Part shown: positions 35,936 to 51,659 of the stretch, in pieces
Layout: each line of letters begins with the position of its first letter
How positions within the stretch are numbered: position 1 is the first letter of the stretch
Source of the DNA: the human T2T-CHM13v2.0 reference genome, Homo sapiens
Assembly (NCBI RefSeq): GCF_009914755.1
Contig: NC_060929.1
DNA length: 64,000 bases
Strand: one strand, 5' to 3'
Position numbers and translations under genes: made by a program
The notes under the pieces: model-generated
Told to the model about the DNA's origin: nothing
Database searches by the model: none
What the model saw: the letters and a program-made list of their open reading frames with translations, nothing else

Positions 35936-37282
35936 GTGAGGAGACTCCTGGTAAACATAGCATTTCAAACTTACGCATTCTTCCAAACAAAACAGAATTC
36001 ATCTATGTACATGGACATGTATTTCTTACGAGGTTTTCTTCCATAGATAATGAATGTAAGAAAGCAAAATTAATTTGCTTGTGATTATTTGTGTTGTTAT
36101 CAAGTATGGGTTTATGACATACTATAGAGTATTCTTTGGAGGCAGGTTATTGCTTTCATCCAATAAGAGGAGATTTAGTACTATAAATAGAAAATGCTTA
36201 AAGCTTTTCAGAATTTGTCTTAAAAGTAATTAAATTTCAGTTTAAACTATGATATTTTGCTCATTATCGTAAAGTTGGAAGATAAATTAAAAGTTTCAGA
36301 AGTTATTTTAATACAAATCTAAAATTCAATCATTATTCTTCTAAAATGCAATAAATTAAAAGATTATAACGGCTTGAAGTTTACCTTAATAACAACTTTT
36401 TAGTTGATGGTACATAGCTCCTGTGGGTCAGAATATGTTTTTAAAGTTTCTCAATTTGATCACATTAGCATTTGCACTGGATAAAAATGAATGGTACCAC
36501 AGAATTAAGCAACGATTTCAGAAACAAATTCAAAATAAACTCACACTTAAGTGACTAAACAAATTGGCCTTCCATCTATTAATTTAGCACCTATAGAGTT
36601 CTAAAGTTTAGAGATTTAGGAAGGTACTAAGAGTGGCAAATGTGTGTCATCTGCATCTTAAAAAATAAGAAACATTAATTCACCAAACAGAGTGGTATTA
36701 CCAAGTAGAGGAAGCCACTAACACATGCAAACAGAGTGGGTAAATTCACGGTGACTTCAGAGTACTTGTGGTTGTTGTGTGGGAAGCCTAACATGGAAGA
36801 CCATGAATCCAAGTCAGAAAGATAATTAAGGATGAATTATGTTAAGGAGATTATATCTCATTAATTTCCCTCATTTATGAAGGAACTTGGACATTCTTAG
36901 AAATTTTCTCTCTCCAATAACATCTACTGCAAACATGGATCACATCATGAATGCCACAGGAAATAATCTAGATCATAAACCATTCCACTGGCTAATTTTG
37001 CTTTTTTCCCTACCTAACTCACCCTACAGCCACTCACTTTCCTCAGTCCTTTTACATTTCAGCTCCAGTTTCAGGAAATGACTTTGTTATCTACTTAGAG
37101 AAAACTGGACCTATTGATAGAGAACCAATTAATCTTTTCTTCCCGCAACCTACAACAAACTCACCTAAGTCTACAGTGACTTAATTTTTTTTCCTTTTAC
37201 AGTACATCAATCATCTATTTGTGTCTGTAAGACTATCCTTTTGCCAAAGTTTTCAATACTCAATACAAAAATCACAGTTTTT

Positions 37283-37592
37283 AATTTTTTTAATTTTTTT
37301 TATTTTTTATTTTTTATTTTTTGAGACGGAGTTTCACTTTGTCGCCCAAGCTGGAGTGCAGTGGGGCGATATCAACTCACTGCAACCTCTGCCTCCCGGG
37401 TTTCAAGCGATTTTCCTGACTTAGCCTCCGAGTAGCTGGGATTATAGGCATGCACCACGATGCCTGGCTAACTTTAGAGACGGGGTTTTGCCATGTTGGC
37501 CAGGCTGGTCTCGAACTCCTGACCTCAAGTGATCTGTCTGTCTCAGCCTCCCAAAGTGCTGGGATTATGGGCATGAGCCACCGTGCCCAGCC
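37283..37592 (-). mobile_element. Alu (AluSx/Sz-like) with shortened central linker
   Basis: Reverse Alu with a T-rich tail; ggctaactttagagacgg lacks most of the A5TACA6 linker. TSD agttttt(g)aattt. Confidence 0.95.
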
Positions 37593-37859
37593 AGTTTTTG
37601 AATTTGAATGCCCATAGAGAATACACTGCAGTTACCCACAGAATCTATAATTGTTTATGACTTTATATCTAGTTGTCTTGCTTGTATTGAGTCAGATTAT
37701 TTGTTAGACATCAAAAGGCACATAATTTGGGGTACCTTGAATTACGTTATCTCTTTGATGTATCTGACATTGACTACTTAACTAAATCCTTCCCCTGTGT
37801 ATGTAAACCCCTTCAGATTACTTACAAAAATAGACACACAGACCCTCTGTTGGACAGCA

Positions 37860-39290
37860 GATCATCCTCTCCTCCCTCACAAGCAAAATTATCATGAAGC
37901 ATTGCATATCGTCTGAATCTCTGTTCATTTCTTTCTCTCCCACTAACATTTGCAATTGGCTGTAATTTCCCTTCAAATTCCTATTAACTTATGAAAGTTG
38001 TTGATAGGGTCACGTATAAAGTTCCATGTGAACAAATCTAATAAACATTAATAAGCTTTTTTTTTTGCATTCATATTCCTAGAGATACTTGATGACCCCC
38101 TTCACCTAGAAAGTCTTCCCTCTCCTTTATCACATAGAAGTCCCCTATTCTCCTCAGCATTCTTCCCCATCCTCCTTTACAGTCTCCTTAGACATCTCAT
38201 CTTCTATGGAAACATAAAATAGTGAAATTCTGAAAGACTCATCTTTGCCTTTTTTTCTTAGAGATCTATATTCTCTCCCCACATAAGCACATTTATGTCT
38301 AGAGTTCTATTTGCTATTTTGTGCCAATGTTCCCAATATTTATATTTCAATCTCGGGCTTATTTATATTTTTTATTTTGAGATTCTTTTTAGTTTTATTC
38401 GCATGCACTTAACAATTTCCAAATACTCTTTGGTGTTATGTTTTATGGCACATTTAATATAATGTACACAAAAGCAGACACTATCATCTTGCCCTGTTTC
38501 TTCCATCAATATCTGTCTTTTTTCTTGGCTCCTAATTTCAGGGAATGGTAATTTCCCTTTCTGCAAATTAGACATCTGGGAGTCATCCTTGATCTCTCTC
38601 TCTCTCTTTGATTCCTCTGTGCCCCATGCCATCCATATATGAGTACTTAAAATTTTTAATCACATATTAAGAAACTACTCCCAAATCATCCCGGAAGTCT
38701 TGCCACATCTCTCCATACTCACTACAATCTTTATATCCCAAGCTATCTTGATCTCTTTCTGGCAATATCTTCTATTCTGCTGCACTCCATGCACTCTGAC
38801 TTTTTCAATCTGTTTTCTAAGTATATCACTCCCCCGCTCCATCTTTAAACCCTATAATTAGTTTTCTTTGAATTTAGAATAAAGACTAGGTTTATAGTTT
38901 TTACGACCTGAACAATTAGTCACATTCTCTTATTTCTTCTCTCTGTTCAAATATACTGATCTTTCATTTCTTAAATTTTCCGAGCCTCTTCCTACTTAAG
39001 GAATTGTATTCACTTTGTTTCCCTTGTTTAGATTCCTTTTTTTCTAACCTAGCTTTTATCATTTTTCAGTTTGCAACTTAAAGTCTCCCTCTCTGACTTC
39101 CCAGGTTTCTCAAGTCACCTCAATATATGCATTCCACATGTTGGTGTTGTAATTGTACCTTTGTTTGCTAAGTGATTTGATTACAGTCCCTTTTACCTAC
39201 CATAAGAGGATTGCATCAGCGTTACCACTGTTTCTTCAGTACCTAGTTTGGTAGATGTTTGTTTCTCCATAAATGCTCAGCTAAAAGAAT
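37860..39290 (+). mobile_element. Long degraded L2 LINE
   Basis: Pyrimidine-rich with L2 motifs (gacatctgggagtcatccttgat, tcccaagcta, tcttcagtacctag...gctcag). Boundaries approximate. Confidence 0.55.
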
Positions 39291-40759
39291 ATTTTGCCTG
39301 TTAGAATGAGCTGTATTGAGATAACTATGCAGGGTGGGAGCACAGTTAATTTTTGTTTTTAGAAATTTTACACAATAGGAAAATAAAAGGAACAGATGGA
39401 GTGCGGGTGTTCTAAAAATAGGGAAATATTTTTGGAGGCTATATTAATAGCCCAAGATCCTGCCTGGACTGAAGATATTGATGAAGGCACAGCAGTTGGG
39501 TTATAGATGAGAAAGTGCAACTGAGAGATACTTAGATTAATGTAGTGATTGTTTCTGACTGGCTGGGCTGGACCCAAGGTAAGAGAGGCCTCATGAGCAA
39601 ATGATCAACACTATAAGTTCTAATGAGTTGTAGAACTTTCTCTACAACTGATTAGAGCTTATAGTGCCAATAAGAAGATAGCGATGAAGCATTTTATGGT
39701 GAATTCTCAGTTACATTTTCCAAAGGCGGAACTTTAGTTGTTTAGCATGGAGAAGTTTAGAAGAATAATAGAGATAAGTACTACATGGTGCTCAAAGAGA
39801 GAAGTGGACTGATGAAACAAATTTGACAGTCATTGGTACAAGTTGCAGATAAAGTTATGAATGTGGCTGGGAACACATAGAGACTGGCTTTGGCTCAACC
39901 ACAGGAATAATCTTAGAAGGAGAATGAAAGAATTTGAGCCAAAGAAAATTAAAAAGAAATGGCTACATGGGTAGAAATAAAACAGCAAGAAATTTGGGAA
40001 TAAAAACCAAGCGAAGTGAGAGACATTCAAGGAGAGAGTGGTGAATCAAGATGAGGACTAAATAAAATATTGCTTATAATATTTGGTGATCAGAATTTGT
40101 TTTTAGGATTATCAAGTGTGTTGTTATTGGAGCTAGACAGGCAGCTATAAAGCCTGTTGTAAAGTGCATGGGACAGAAAAGAATCAGAAGTTATAGCACA
40201 GACTACTTTTAAAATATTTTTTTCTTATAAAGAAGAAAGAACTATATGGTGGTAACCAGATAAGAAAGCACATGGAAACGGGTGATTTCTTCTCGTGAAA
40301 TTTAATGAAACCAAACATTTTACCCTTAAAATACAGCATTTACTCTATTTCATGCAAGTCACTAAGAATTCTCCCTGACCTTGCCGTAAGAAGGAAGGGG
40401 CACCTGTAGGTACTACTGCTAAGGATCAGCAGGGACAATCTCACTCAAACCCACAGGACACAAGAAATCTTACGAGCTAAACAGAATTGACTGAAAGTCA
40501 AGTGCAATGTTAAAAAATCCCAGAAAGCCATAAGGCATTCTGCGAAGTCATCAAACTGAAAGGATAAAGAAAGCAGTGATACAGTCAGAAATATCCCCCA
40601 AAAGCAAGAGACTTGACAGTTAGAAAGGGTCCTTTCTACACGAAAATAACTAGAGTAGAGTCATTAATGGCCTATTTTTATTTTCTGTCCTAATATATGA
40701 AGAATGGCTAGTTTGCAAAGGAAGAATAAATACCCTAGTGATAAAAAAAATTACAAAGT

Positions 40760-40960
40760 ATGGAATTAGAGAAACCTGGGTGTGACCTTCCAGTTGTGTG
40801 GTTAAGGGTATGATTTTAGATAAGGCATGAAATGTTTCTTAACTCGGTTTTTTTTTGTTACTTTATTAAATGGGCAACAATGGCTACTCTTAAGACTGTA
40901 GAGAGGACTAAGACAATAAATCCAAAGTTTTTGGCATGTAACACACGCCTAAGAGATAAT
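40760..40960 (+). mobile_element. Degraded MIR
   Basis: tggaattagagaaacctgggt...ctcggtttt...taaatggg...tggcatgtaa. Confidence 0.5.
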
Positions 40961-41572
40961 AAAGTTATTCTTGATAGAGTCCTAGATTAGAAGTAGTGAG
41001 ATGGGTTCATAAAATTGACCCTTGGTTTTTGAAACTAAAAATAGTTTTCCATTTCCAAAAAATATATATCGTGTAAATATCACTAGTAACACGTATAACA
41101 ACATTTTTTTCCCCTGAGGCAAAGTTAAGGCAAAAGATAATTTCAGAGCCTTAAATATCTCTTGCCTAGAGCTCCTTCTTCAACCATTCCTCAACAACTA
41201 TAGCGAGATCTGTCCTCTGTGTCTAAAATTTTCATAACTAGTAATTGTGAAACTAGTGGTCCAAAGCAAATGAAGAATAACTGCCTTGATATATGTATAT
41301 GCACGACAATGAACACAGCAAATCCTGAGAAAGAAAGAATGGATTGGAACAGAGAAAAATAAATCCTCCTGAGAACTACATCTTCTTCTTATTTAGAACT
41401 CCTGTCCTTACTTCACATATGCAGAACCAGCTCAAAGTCCGGATGTAAGCCAGCCATGCCCCTTACTCTGCTGTGAATATCATTCCCCCCAACAGTAGTC
41501 TCAGACTCTTCATTTCTCCATGTGGAAAATGTTGCCAAGTCACACAATACCTAGTACACAGCACTAAAGTCA

Positions 41573-41803
41573 TTTTTTAAAAAGCTTTTAAGTTCAAGGG
41601 TGAAAGTGCAGGTTTGTTACATAGGTAAACTTCTGTCATGGGGGTTTGTTGTACAGATGATTTCATTGCCCAGGTATTAAACCTAGTACACATTAGTTAA
41701 TTTTCCTGATCCCCTCCCCTCTCCCACCCTACCCTCTCTGAAAGGCCCCAGTGTGTGTTGTTCCTCTCTATCCATCCATGTGTTCTCATCATTTAGCTCC
41801 CAC
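41573..41803 (-). mobile_element. L1PA (older, ~L1PA13-16-like) 3' end
   Basis: ttttaagttcaaggg...gtgcaggtttgttacataggtaaac...tgttctcatcatttagctcccac. Confidence 0.9.
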
Positions 41804-41814
41804 AGTTTATCTAA

Positions 41815-42217
<403 letters not shown>

Positions 42218-43157
42218 TGAATCCTAAATTGGTTGGGAGAAATAGAAATTGTGTACCATAGAATCAAAGACTTTTACCTTGACATTCACAGTGTGTCCCT
42301 TTTCATGTAGATGACATTATTTACTATTCATTGTCTCAAACACATTTCCGTGTATAAGTGAGAAGGTCCTAGTGCTTATTTGTCATAAGGTAAGTGAAGA
42401 TGCTTCATGGGACAAAAGAAATCTGACAATGCAGCAAGATTTTTAAATTTTCTATTGTGGTAGGAGTTTTACTGATTATCACTAAAATAGGGAATGAAGT
42501 GGGTTTTGGGAAATCAGTTCCATTTACATTTATTCCACAAAAAAGATTTATATCTATATGCCACTCTTTCTTTGTGTATGCTAAGGTGTATGAAAGGAAG
42601 AAAATCCTCTGTGATTTGCATTAAGAACAGTAAAAAACAATATTGAAGGACTTCATCATAACCAGTAGGAGAACCTGGTCAAATTAAGCACATTTGTGAT
42701 TCCCAGAACATTCTGAAGAGAAATACTTGAGTCATTCATTTGGTTCTAAGTACACCTGACAGAATTGCATCTGGGCATCTTCTCAGGGGAATCTTCTCTC
42801 CTTAAGTGCCCTTGAGTAAGATCTCTCTACAGTTAAGTGCCTGACATTATTAAGAATCTTAATTTTGTACTGACTTCTTGTATGTGCGGCATAAGATTTA
42901 GGCAAAAGTAACACTGCCTCTTTCAAAGTCAATTTGAAACACACATATATGAAGAATTTTTTAAAAAGTCAATAACTATTGTCATTCAGTAAAATCCTCA
43001 AAAGAAATGTAATAATACCAAGTCCTTCACCCACTTCATTTTGATTTGAATTTATCAGAAAAAGTTCTGAAATTAATATCTAACCATATAGTCAAGCTGT
43101 GCCAAATGATTGTAGATTAACCAGTGAAAATCTATTCACATTTTTTCAGTAGTGTGA

Positions 43158-43501
<344 letters not shown>

Positions 43502-44759
43502 AGCATTTTTATATACCTGCAAAAGACACTTTGAAATAACAAATAAGTTGTAATGACACAGTTGATAGAAACTGGAAAATGTATCCTTCCAATGTGGAGT
43601 AAAATAGCAAAACATGCTCGTAAAAGCACTAAATAAATAAGAAATATTAATGAAAAATATCTAACTGTAAATATCTTGAAGAAAATACTTAAAGTACAGT
43701 TTTAGGGATTGAACCTAAACTTCAAGTTTAAATGTTCCATAATATTTAAATTTATTTACAATATAAATTTATAAAACAAAATAGATATTCAGCGTGGAAA
43801 TTCAGAACGGAAACATATACAAAGTTACTGGTGTTACTAATAAGTGCACGTGGTTTGCAACTGATTGCTCTTATGCAAACACTCACACGAACACATGTGA
43901 GGTCCCCTAGGAGTAATAGACCAGTCTCTGGCATCTGGGCAGATGGTGCTTATATTGCTGGCAGGTGATGAAGCTGAGGGAAGACACTTATCATCTTAAA
44001 TCCCAGAGACCAACGCTTTCAACTTAAAAATGAAAATGTCCCAATTATAAATCCCTGAGGTGGGAAAGGCTGCAACACGAAAGCATTCTAAGCCATGCCT
44101 TTGTGTTGTATTGCAGTCAAGAGGAAATAAAGAGGTCCCCTTTGTTTAATAAGCAACTGAAAGTTTTTCTTTCATGCCTCTCATATTTCTTGGCATCACC
44201 ATAACTGTTGCCATTTAATCAAGATTCCCTTTAAACTGGTGAATGCTAGCAGAATGTCTCAAGAGAGCTGATTTCCTTCACTTTCAAGTTCATTGTGACC
44301 ACGAATGCATTAACCTGGGCTGCCTACATTTCTTCCTGTGCTGTCACATAAGATATACTCCACATAAAAATAAAGAACATCAACCTTGAAAGAGGAAAAA
44401 AAAAAAAAAGAAAGAAAGAAAAAACTACATTTAGCAACCCAGACTAGAATCTAAGCTCTGTCAAAGTGATTTCTTATTCCATTTTACTGAAGCAGTGCCA
44501 AGCTTTATCACTTCTGAGTTCATGTCTTACAGCTGAGGCAACCCACTTGAATTGGTAAGTTGCTTAAAGTATACACGCGCTGTTCACGTTGTCACTGATT
44601 TAAAATGAGAGAGGAGTTCTGCAGGTGGAATACAACTGAAATAGAGGAAATGGGAACTAGAAACATTAAACCATGCATAATTAATGGTTCTTTGTCTTGC
44701 TGGTCCTCTGGAACTCTTTTTATGAGTGTTATGCAGATGCCCTATAGCAGGAAGGGCAG

Positions 44760-45211
44760 TGCTGTCATTTGAATAGGGTTGGTTGTTCTCCACCAAAGTG
44801 CATTTTGAAATTTGATTCCCAGCATGTAGGTGTTGGGAGGTGGGGTCTAGTTGGGAGGTGTTTGGGTTGTGGGGGTGGATCCCTGATGGATGGCTTGGTG
44901 CTGTGATCCTAGTAGTGAGTTCCCACTCTCACAAGACTGGATTACTTCCCTTGGGAATGGATTTGTTCTTGTGAGAGTGGATTGTAATAGAGCCAGGGTG
45001 CCCCTCAGGTTTCCCTCTCTTCACATGAGTTCATTTCCCCTTTGGCCTTCACCATGTTGTGACACAGCACGAAAGCCCTTGCAAGAAACCAGGGCTATGG
45101 CCTTGAACTTCTCAGCCTGCAGAACCATGAGCTAAACTAATCTCTATTCTTTACTAATTACCCAGTCAAAGGTATTCCTTTAGAGCAACACAAAACAGAC
45201 AGAGAGAGAGA
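44760..45211 (+). mobile_element. MST (MSTB/C-like) MaLR solo LTR
   Basis: tgctgtcatttgaat...gggaggtgtttggg...cttgaacttctcagcctgcagaaccatgagc...aattacccagtc. 5-bp TSD ggcag at 44755-44759 and 45212-45216. Confidence 0.85.
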
Positions 45212-47076
45212 GGCAGGATGCTTAGTGCTGAGGGTCCAACTTTGTATCATCCTACATTTTTCGTTCACATTGGCATCACAAATAGAAATGGAGAAAATAA
45301 GTATGATTGCTGCAGCTAAATCTGACAAACTGTCACCTACGTACACCATTTCTACACCATGTAATCTCACATAACGTCCACAAGTGTCCTGTGCCTATTA
45401 GCATTTTAAAGGGCTTTGTGGCCATCATACTCTCGCTTTGGAGCTAGGGATGTTTCATTATCCTCAATTAAAACTCTCTCAGAAGCAAGACTGGCAAGCA
45501 TTTATTTATATATTTTCCTTAGAGGCAACATGGGAGGCATGGATTCTGTAAAGGAGGCAGGGTGCTCTTCTGTGCTGCATCAAGAAGCGATGCTGGTTTG
45601 GAATAATTCTCCTAATGTGAAGCTATCTCCATTAAAACATAAACCATAATTGTGGAAAGCAATTTGCTCAGGAGAACTAACAGGGTTTCTTATTGTGATT
45701 CAATAACAAGGGAGCATGGAGATGCAATGCTGAAAATGCTCCCCAAACTCTTTTAATTTTCTTGAAGTGTAATTTTCTTCTGTGAAACCAATGTGAAAAG
45801 CTGAAATCATTTCTATTATACTCAGAAGCAAGATGTATATACATTTCCTGTAAATTAACATTTTCCAACTTCAGTGAACTTAAACACTCTTCCATTTGTT
45901 TGTTTCAAAATGTGGATTAATAAAAACTTGAAACCATGACACTGCCGATAAACAGTGAAAGCAAATCCACAGCTAGGTCAAAAGCTGATGTACTTAAATT
46001 TCTAATCAGTTTTGTCATGCTTTATACAGCTGCTTCTCTTTCACTAACAATTGATTATAGTTCAATAATGATTATATACCAACATGAGAGGTTGATAAAT
46101 ATTAATAATATTTTAAAAATCAATAACATTATTAAGAGAATCTTTCCTATAGAATATGGTCAAAATCAATAATAGCATATAAATATATCAGATGCTGAGA
46201 TATTGCATACTGTATGCTACTAAAGTCAAAATCAATAGTAACAATCAGGAGATCTATTATTTTATTACTTATACTTAACATAAGTAGATATTCGATCTGT
46301 ACAATTCTATTTCTTTTATTAGGCATAACATGGATCAAGGAAACGAAAGGAGCCATAAATGGTTCTAATAAATTTATAAAAACATTTATTTGTTAAAAAT
46401 TTGTAGCTAGCCCGTTTCTTTTTATAGCATTATCCACTAGTGAAGGACAAGAAATAGAAATATCTTTTTAAAAAAAATTTCTATTTTTAATCATAGTGCT
46501 CAATAGTGGCACATGCAATGGCTTGAGATCTGTGGTGCATCCAGGGGATAACAGATGCCTCAGAAGCATTACCACATCTTCCCCTCCCCTACCCCCAGCC
46601 CCGTGGGCTGCATTTTGTTGTGACTCCTGTGTGCTTTTCTAAGACGTGTTTGCTTCACAGCTGGTGAATGGACACTTTCCATCACTTCACCTCTTGGCAA
46701 CAGATGCCTCTCAGTTAGGCACAGATGCTGAGTGTCCACCCATCCCTAACATTAGCCTTGCGTTCTGGACTAATTGGGCCAACAGAGTTGCAATTAAGAT
46801 TTGAATAATTAGATAACGGACATGATTACTTTTGTAATTAATCCTCATACTGAGTCATCATGATCATGTCTGGGGTGATGACCACTGGCTTATACTTAAT
46901 TCAAATAGAGGTAGTGAGTATTAAAAGCAAAGCATTAGCAAAAATACTCCCTCACTTCTCCTCTAGAAAAAATAAATATGACACTACATATAGACACACA
47001 ATTTTCATTTTTCAAGTACATTTTACAGTGATCTGTTGGATGATGAGAACTCATTTCAATTTAATTCATGCCTCCA

Positions 47077-47130
<54 letters not shown>

Positions 47131-47139
47131 ATCTATCTA
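47077..47139. repeat. Compound tetranucleotide STR (TCTG)3(TCTA)10 TCA (TCTA)2
   Basis: Counted directly from the sequence. Confidence 0.95.
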
Positions 47140-47869
47140 TCAATCGTCTATCCATCTTTTTTTCCCAAAGACTTCCACTTTGGCTTCTGCACTGTTTTGG
47201 AACTGTGACCTATATTTTAAAATGAGTGTTTTCTTTCCTTTTTCAAAAATTTACCATATCATAAAAACAAATACATATAAACAAACTGAAGTTGACCCCT
47301 CTCCCTTCTCTTGTCTACAAAAAAGCCACAGATGTTAGAATTTCTTATGGTTTGGCTGTGAGTTCCTCCTCTTGTCTCTACTCTTTCCACATACTGTCCA
47401 TATCTGTGACTCCTAGAATGTCATCTGGTAGGAGTGTGTTGCGAAAAGACATCCAAAGCCAACAGTGCCAAGCAGACCTGCCAGAGCTCTTGTCTCTGCA
47501 GATCCCTCTCAGAAGCCTGTTGTCTTCAATTAATCTTCTCAATGAAAGGATCAATCAGCTCCGTAAATCAGGGTCTCAGACTCATCCCTGACTGCACACT
47601 CCCACAACTGGCGCATGCCAATCTGTTGCCAAATGAAGTTCACTTTTCTCTTTAAATGTTACTCAACTCCCACCACTATGTATTTCGCTCCATTGCCTCA
47701 ATGTGGGAATATCGTGATATCTTTCTGAAGTAATGTAATAGTTTTCCTTTCCTATTCCTGTCCCATTCCAAACTTCCTTCTAAATTGGCACAGGCTTCTC
47801 TGTATGACTGTGTTCCTCCATCGCTGCATTTTAGCTGCTGTAGCTTCTCTCAATCCTAGGAATAAACCA

Positions 47870-48180
47870 ACATCCCAAGTGTTACTACATGGACGCTTCC
47901 CTTTGCCTAGAACAGTCTTTCTTCCCTCTTCATCTAGTAAACTGCACATCCTCAGATCTCTGGCCATCAATTTTCCCAAGAGGTGTTTCTTGTCCCTCTA
48001 GACCAAGCCAAGCCCTTCCTTTATACTCTCTTACAGCCTCCTTCTCATTTCACTCTTAGCGCTTTCCTCACTTTGTAGTTATATGAGCTTTTTTGTTAAT
48101 CATTTCAGCTCACAGATACACTGGATCGACCCAGTTTCTGACACACAAGAGACTCTATGCTCTTAAATTAATGAATGATA
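47870..48180 (+). mobile_element. L2 3' fragment
   Basis: cttccctttgcctagaac...catcctcagatctc...ctgacacacaagag...aatgaatga. Confidence 0.5.
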
Positions 48181-48352
48181 AATGGTGTCATATTGAAAAT
48201 GGGTTAAACTGTGTGATTCAGCAACTAAGGATAAAAAGGTTTCAGAAGTAATTACTCAATATTTATTTATAAGTTGTCTATATACACCAATGGTCTTTAA
48301 AGAACAGATTCTTTCATATATGTGTTCATGTATGGCAAAATTAATACTCATG

Positions 48353-48654
48353 TTTTTTGTTTGTCTGTTTGCTTGAGACAGAGGCTTGGTCTGTCTCCCA
48401 GGCTGGAGCGCAGTGGCCTGATCTTGGCTCACAGCAACCTCTGCCTCCAGGATTCAAGTGATTCTCCTGACTCAGACTCCCCAGTAGCTAGGATTATAGG
48501 AGGGCCACCATGCCCAGCTAATTTTTGTTTTTTTGGTAGAGACAAGGCTTCACCATATTGGCCAGGGTGGTCTCAAACTCCTGGCCTCAAGTGATCTGCC
48601 TGCCTCAGCCTCCCAAAGTGCTAGGATTACAGGCATGAGTCACCATGCCTGGCA
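48353..48654 (-). mobile_element. Full-length older Alu (AluJb/Sx-like)
   Basis: Reverse Alu with ctcaaactcctggcctcaagtgatctgcc. Confidence 0.92.
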
Positions 48655-50656
48655 GTCAAATATTAATATGTGACTGACACAATACAGGTCTTTGAAGATA
48701 TACACATAATTAATATGTAGTCTGGGCCTGCAAGGAACTTATAATCTCTCAAGTAATACAAATCTCTAAAGACAAAATTAGGAGCCATGACAAACTAATA
48801 AAATAATGAGTTAACGAGGCTGGTGGCTGGAAATGAGAGAGCATTTTCTGGTGAATGTAATGTCACGTTTGGGTTTCAAAGAGAGTAGGAATTAGCCAGA
48901 CAAGTTACACAGATGTAGAAGAATAAGAAGGAGAAGAGCAGACACATTTAAGGCCCTATGGACAGCATGGATAAAAGTCACAGAGGTCCACAAGCACCAT
49001 TAGGGGTGTGTGTGTGTACATTTGTGCACACAGGCTTATGCATGTGCCTACAAATTATTCACAGTGACTGAAAAGAAAAGAATGGTGAGAGGTAAGGAGG
49101 GGTGGGATAAGCTGGGGGATGTCAGAGTAGGCCTCTTATCCCAGAATAGACTGTGGCTCACTTTGTAGATAACAGAGAGCCATTTGAGATTTCATGTAGG
49201 TAAGTGGTAAGGTTATATTTGTATTTGAAACAGAACACAGCTGGGGAGGCTACACTTGAAAGGGAAGAGACTGGAGGCCAGAATATTGAAGAAGAGGCTG
49301 AGTCCAGGCAAGAATTTGCTATACTTGCCTGCATAGGCAAGAGTGAAGGCCTGTACTTAAGAGAGATGCAGTAGGTATGCAGACATGGCTACATAGTTAA
49401 GGAAGTCGGAAAAAAACTGAGATTTGTGATACTGGAATGGAGTGTGAAAAAAAAAAATCATAGTTTAGTAAGACACTCAGGTTACAAACATACATGCTGG
49501 AGAAAATTGCAATTTTAACAAATGTATTTTAGCTTCTCTGACTCATGAATCTGAGCCCTACATATGTCTTTTTGTTTGTTTTTGTTTGTTTGTTTGTTTT
49601 TGAATACTAAATGTTTTGAACACCAATTTGGATGGCTATAAAGTTTAATGTGAACTAAAGATATCATAACTTCTCAAATTCAGGCTTAATGCTTCTAGGA
49701 GTAAACATGTTCAGAATTCTAACCAAGAGCATAAGGAAATGTAATGACATAACTTTGTTAAAACTAGATTTCGATGTCATGTTTTTTGAAGCTATGAATG
49801 TTAGACGATGGGGAAACTCCCAGGTCTTTTCTGCTTTACATAACATGTAAGTATTTTTGTCTCTTTTTGCTGGTTACTTTCCTAGGCATTGAGGAGTACA
49901 GGTGAATTCATATATTACCTTTGGGGTAGGTTTTCACTTAGTGCTGAATGTCAACCTGTTCCTTGAATGGGCATAATTCAGAAAAAAAGCTAATTTGTGT
50001 GTTATTATCAGAGATTATAGTTCATTTTTTATTCTGGCTGTTGTCTTCTTTGAAACTTTTTTCTTTGTAGGTATACAAATTTGGATAAGCAGCCAGATGT
50101 ATCAGGCAAATTCTTGGGGAGATCCATGTTTGCACAATTGTTGATGTAGTTGTTTTATAGAAGAAAAACCCACGAGGGTTGCTGAGTCATCAGACTCCAC
50201 TGTACTCTTTCACTGCAGTAGAGAATATAGTAAGAACTTGGTTTGGCTCAGTACAACATACTAGCTCAGTGGTAGCCTACACAAGGTATTATTTAAGACT
50301 TACTAATACAATTGAATTTGTGTAGGATTATCTTCCTTTAATTTTCCTATTAAGAATAACTTAGGGACTGCAAGGGAGAAAAGAATGTTTTATTGAAATA
50401 AGTGGACATTATCATAGCCAATACTTACAAATGTTAGAATTTGGAAATGAAAATGAGGCTTCTATGATCAAAACCCAGGATGGAGTCTAGGGCTTTGTCT
50501 CTGACACCTCATTGGAGATGAGTCCTGTCCTCTGTGCTAGAAGATCTATTTTAGTGCAGTCCTGGTAGGAAAAGAAAGCTGGCCCCTAGCCAATGGTAAA
50601 TAGGGGTTAACAGAGATGAGACATTCAGGCACCAGGCTTGTGAGCTAGAGAGGTGA

Positions 50657-51058
<402 letters not shown>

Positions 51059-51659
51059 TCCCCACTATTATTTCTTTACTTTATGAAAAAAACTTGCCAC
51101 TTGGTCTGTCGGTGCAGTGTGGTCTTAATGAAAAGGCCAGGTTCAAGTTGTGAGTAAAAAAGAAATAAAAGGCAATATGTTATTCTTTCCCTGTAGCTAC
51201 AATTTTGTGAGTAATGGGGACCACGGGCATGGGACAGTTTCACCCAGAGGAGCTGTGATCTCCCAAGAGACATCAGCAGTTGTGGTCTTGCCTGGCAGAT
51301 GGCAGGAGGTCAGACAGGGAAATACAAGACTTTTTTTCTAAGAGTATAAGCGAGCACCTTGGGAGTTTCACAAACAGCCAGGAGAGAAATCAAGTGACTC
51401 AGGGGCAGCAATCAAGGCAGTGATCCTGAGCTATCGTAAAGGTGTCAGTTGATGAAAATAGGACCTGATGATATTATCCCAAGCCTAGAAATATGGGTTG
51501 CCATAGGTTCTTGATAAAAGTTAGTTTTCTGTCCTCTAGGTAAACAGAGGCTTTTTAAACTTGAAATTATTAGGGAGATTTGAGACCAAGATTGTAGCTA
51601 GAATCAGTGACAGGGCAATGTCAGTGAAATATTGGGACATGGGCTATCCAGTTGCTGAA

